A DNA stretch of 64,000 nucleotides from Thalia democratica (taxonomy: Eukaryota), in contig OZ241831.1 of assembly GCA_965202585.1 (NCBI GenBank), positions 63,922,001 through 63,986,000 of the forward strand, given 5' to 3'. This document shows positions 61,501 through 64,000 of the stretch, one piece after another. The translations under genes and the position numbers were made by a program. Under the pieces are notes generated by a model. The model was not told the DNA's origin. It saw only the letters and a program-made list of their open reading frames with translations, and searched no databases. How positions within the stretch are numbered: the stretch's first letter is position 1; every line of letters starts with the position of its first letter.

Positions 61501-62836
61501 ATTTATTTATTAATTAGTTTTAAATATCTATTTTGTAACACTCATTTTTTTTAATAATTAACACTCAAGTATTTTTTAGACAGTTAGTTTTTTGAATATA
61601 TTAAACGTATGTTTTTTTATAGTTATCAAACAGTTAGTTTTTTATTTTTATTAAACATACAGATTTAATGTTTATTTTGCAATATTCGTGTTTATAAAAC
61701 AAATAGTTTTTATTGTTTATTGGGATAGTTTTTGATATTTATTATTTAATATTTGTCTTAATTTTTAACAAATAGTTATACGTTTCAAATAAGACTTAGC
61801 ATACATTACAACTTGCAAAGTTAGCCTTTATAGTAACGTTTTTGAACAATTTATTTAATCATTAAGTTAAGTAGTCTATTAATGAAATATTTTTATATAT
61901 TGTTAATGTATGTATTTAAGAATAGAGTTATATTTGAATAAAATAAATGCAAGAGTACTTAACTATATTATAAGCTAAAAATATATCTTTGAAGTTTAAA
62001 AAATGTCTAATACATAATTCATAAAGTGAAACATTAAATTTTATTTCTTTTATTTACAAATTTAGATAAATCACTTAATATAATAATCTTATTTTTCTGA
62101 AATAAAATGTTTAGTGGAAAAATATATATACTAAACTTGAGTTTTTCAAGAATATATGAAAATTATTTTTTTTGTATAAATTCACCAACTGATCTGTGGA
62201 AATTTAATAAACTCAGCTAGAATTTTAACTTATAAAATAATAATTAAAATAATTAAATAAACAGTCGCAGTAATTCTGCCGGAAAATACATAAAAAAGGA
62301 GAATATTGAAAAAGATATTGAAGAAAATATTAGTTAGTTTGTTTTATATAATAAGAAATTAAAGCAATTATTTGTTTTGTTTTAATTAAAAATATATTCA
62401 TCAATAAGTTAATAATTATTTTTTAACATAAATTATTAGTTAATTTAAAATTACATACAACAAGTAATTCAAAATATTAGTTACTTTGTTTTTTTTTACA
62501 CACAGTAATAGCTAATTTAAATTCACATTAATATTTTACTCTTAAGTATTAAAAATTGAGAGTGTACATTACATAGTTAGATTTTTAATAGAATTTTTTG
62601 TATTTTATCTATAAGGAGCAAAAGTGTAAGTAATAAAAAATCATTTATTTTTAGTATTTTATTTTGTTAAAGTTTTCACAAATTGAAATATTTTCTATAT
62701 GCTTATAAACAAGAAGGTAAAGCTTTTTAATGGTTTTTTATTTTAAAGTTATTTACTTTTGATTGCCTAAACTAATTAGGAAGTTTGAAGTTATTTTTAT
62801 TCTTATTTATTATTTATTCACTTTTTAGGTCAATGA
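55598..62836 (+). CDS. Gene 6: type I transmembrane protein with one six-Cys FN2-like module, micro-exon Thr stalk and Asp-rich repeats; C-terminus uncertain
   Basis: Exons 55598-55658, 56126-56290, 57439-57474, 57724-57768, 57917-57955, 58040-58078, 58225-58278, 58982-59554 (STDNDDKTTVAI repeats), 60195-60254, 61409-61490 (TM IPIVYVVVPVVVGLLIVSVVLVFI), 62265-62332 (HRSNSAGKYIKKENIEKDIEENI). The last exon probably starts at 62829, but its frame depends on a possible 10-nt micro-exon at 62616-62625. Confidence 0.75.
61072..61111 (+). pseudogene. tRNA-Lys(CTT) with 33-nt internal deletion
   Basis: GCCCGGCTAGCTCAGTCGG|GTTCGAGCCCCACGTTGGGCG matches both ends of canonical metazoan tRNA-Lys(CTT); the 3' part of the D arm, the anticodon arm and the variable loop are missing. 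Confidence 0.9.
61165..61490 (+). repeat. Five tandem copies of the 3' splice site plus start of the gene 6 TM exon
   Basis: ttt(t/a)cag|aaggaat(t/c)c(c/t)gat.gt.tatgt at acceptors ending 61173, 61225, 61301, 61354 and 61408; only the last continues into the full TM exon. Confidence 0.92.
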
Positions 62837-63960
62837 AAGTGAAAATTCAACGAAATTCTTGAAACTTAATTTTTTTTATTTCTTTATTTCTTTTTATTTG
62901 TGAATATGTTGTTTTATTACCATTTAAACCTCTGTATAATTTATAATGCCCTAAAAGAAAATATATACCTTTACAAATCATTAAATCTTTAAACAAGTAT
63001 ATAGAAAGTATATTTTCATTCAAATTTCTATTAGATTTTATCAATTTTATTTTTCCGAGTATACTTATATTTTATTTTTTACAAGTTAAATGATGCATTA
63101 CCTCAAATATTATATCTACCTTAAGTAAAATATTTAATTTATTCCTCATTTATTGACTCTTGAGATTTTATTCTGAATTATTTTTAACTATGGTTTTAGT
63201 CGACTTAGTTTATTTTTTAATAAATTGCAAAATAAAAAAAACTTTTGTCGTTTATATATATATAAATTTAACCTAAAACTATTTTATTTTTTTAATGTTA
63301 AATATGCTTTTCAATTGCAATCTGATACAATTGTTTTTAATTTTTAAGAGATTAAATTAAACGATTGTGTTTTAATAAATTGTCAAACATAGAATATTTT
63401 ATATAATTTTTCATTGGTCTAATTGATAGTTAGTGCAATTAAAAAATATTTAAGTTTATTTAATATATATAAAGATTCAACATATTACTCCAATTTTGAG
63501 CACAATATTTAGCTTAATATATCAAAAGTGTTTTAACAATTCGGTCAGTAAAAAGTTAAATTTCAAGCACGATAAGAATATGTTTAGAAGTTTTTATTAA
63601 TTTAAAATATATTTTATTATGTACGTTTTTAATCCACTGTTCATCAAAGCGCTAAAAAACATTGCTTCAAGCTTGTTTTTAAATGGTATTTAATTATATA
63701 AGCTGTAAGTTTGATAGTACCAAACAGTTTCGTGGATTCACAATTAGCCAGGGTATTTACTGTAGACTAGTGTTAAAATAAAGACCAAACTAAATGTTTA
63801 TATAAAATTAATTTGTTAACATAAAAAATCAAGTTTTAGACCCGGTTGGCGAGTTTTTAATTTTAAATATTGTTTTAAAAGTTTTTCCATTCATGATCAG
63901 TATTATAGACTCATATTTTTTGTTTTTATATTTTTCGAAAATAAGTTTATAAATGCAAAA

Positions 63961-64000
63961 CAGGGTTGCTTCACACTCGGTATAACTCTGGCTGGTTTGA
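63961..64000. mobile_element. Possible start of another CAGGGTTG-type element at the window edge
   Basis: cagggttgc resembles the TIR of the 28520-28919 MITE and GC content rises abruptly; the other end is outside the window. Confidence 0.3.

Overview
Very AT-rich eukaryotic (invertebrate-type) genomic DNA with GT-AG introns; the species cannot be determined from the sequence. The window is dominated by a tandem cluster of six co-directional (+ strand) multi-exon genes that the ORF track only shows as fragments. I assembled them by hand from splice sites and reading-frame phase. All six encode a signal peptide, one or more copies of a divergent six-cysteine fibronectin type II (FN2)-like module (consensus ECVxGTNxVCTPFxYxGxxYDDC-x(3-11)-[W/Q/Y/M/K]C-x(7-18)-CGEC) and Thr-rich mucin or acidic Ser-Gly/Tyr-rich low-complexity stalks. 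Genes 1, 2 and 6 are single-pass membrane proteins with different cytoplasmic tails; genes 3, 4 and 5 lack a TM segment (secreted). Between genes 2 and 3 lie five intact tRNA genes (Leu-CAA with intron, Pro-TGG, Arg-TCT, Gln-CTG, Gly-TCC) and two MITEs. An intact, apparently very young Ty3/Gypsy LTR retrotransposon (33937-40560, minus strand) sits in intron 1 of gene 3. Its gag ORF begins inside the 5' LTR, and it carries an A-AAA-AAC slippery site plus a predicted H-type pseudoknot. Other items: a Penelope-like fragment with 255-bp inverted arms, three tRNA pseudogenes in introns, a chimeric gene at a duplication junction with an in-frame TGA at a conserved Cys, micro-exon arrays, and tandem decoy splice sites around TM exons. 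All gene models are predictions without transcript evidence.
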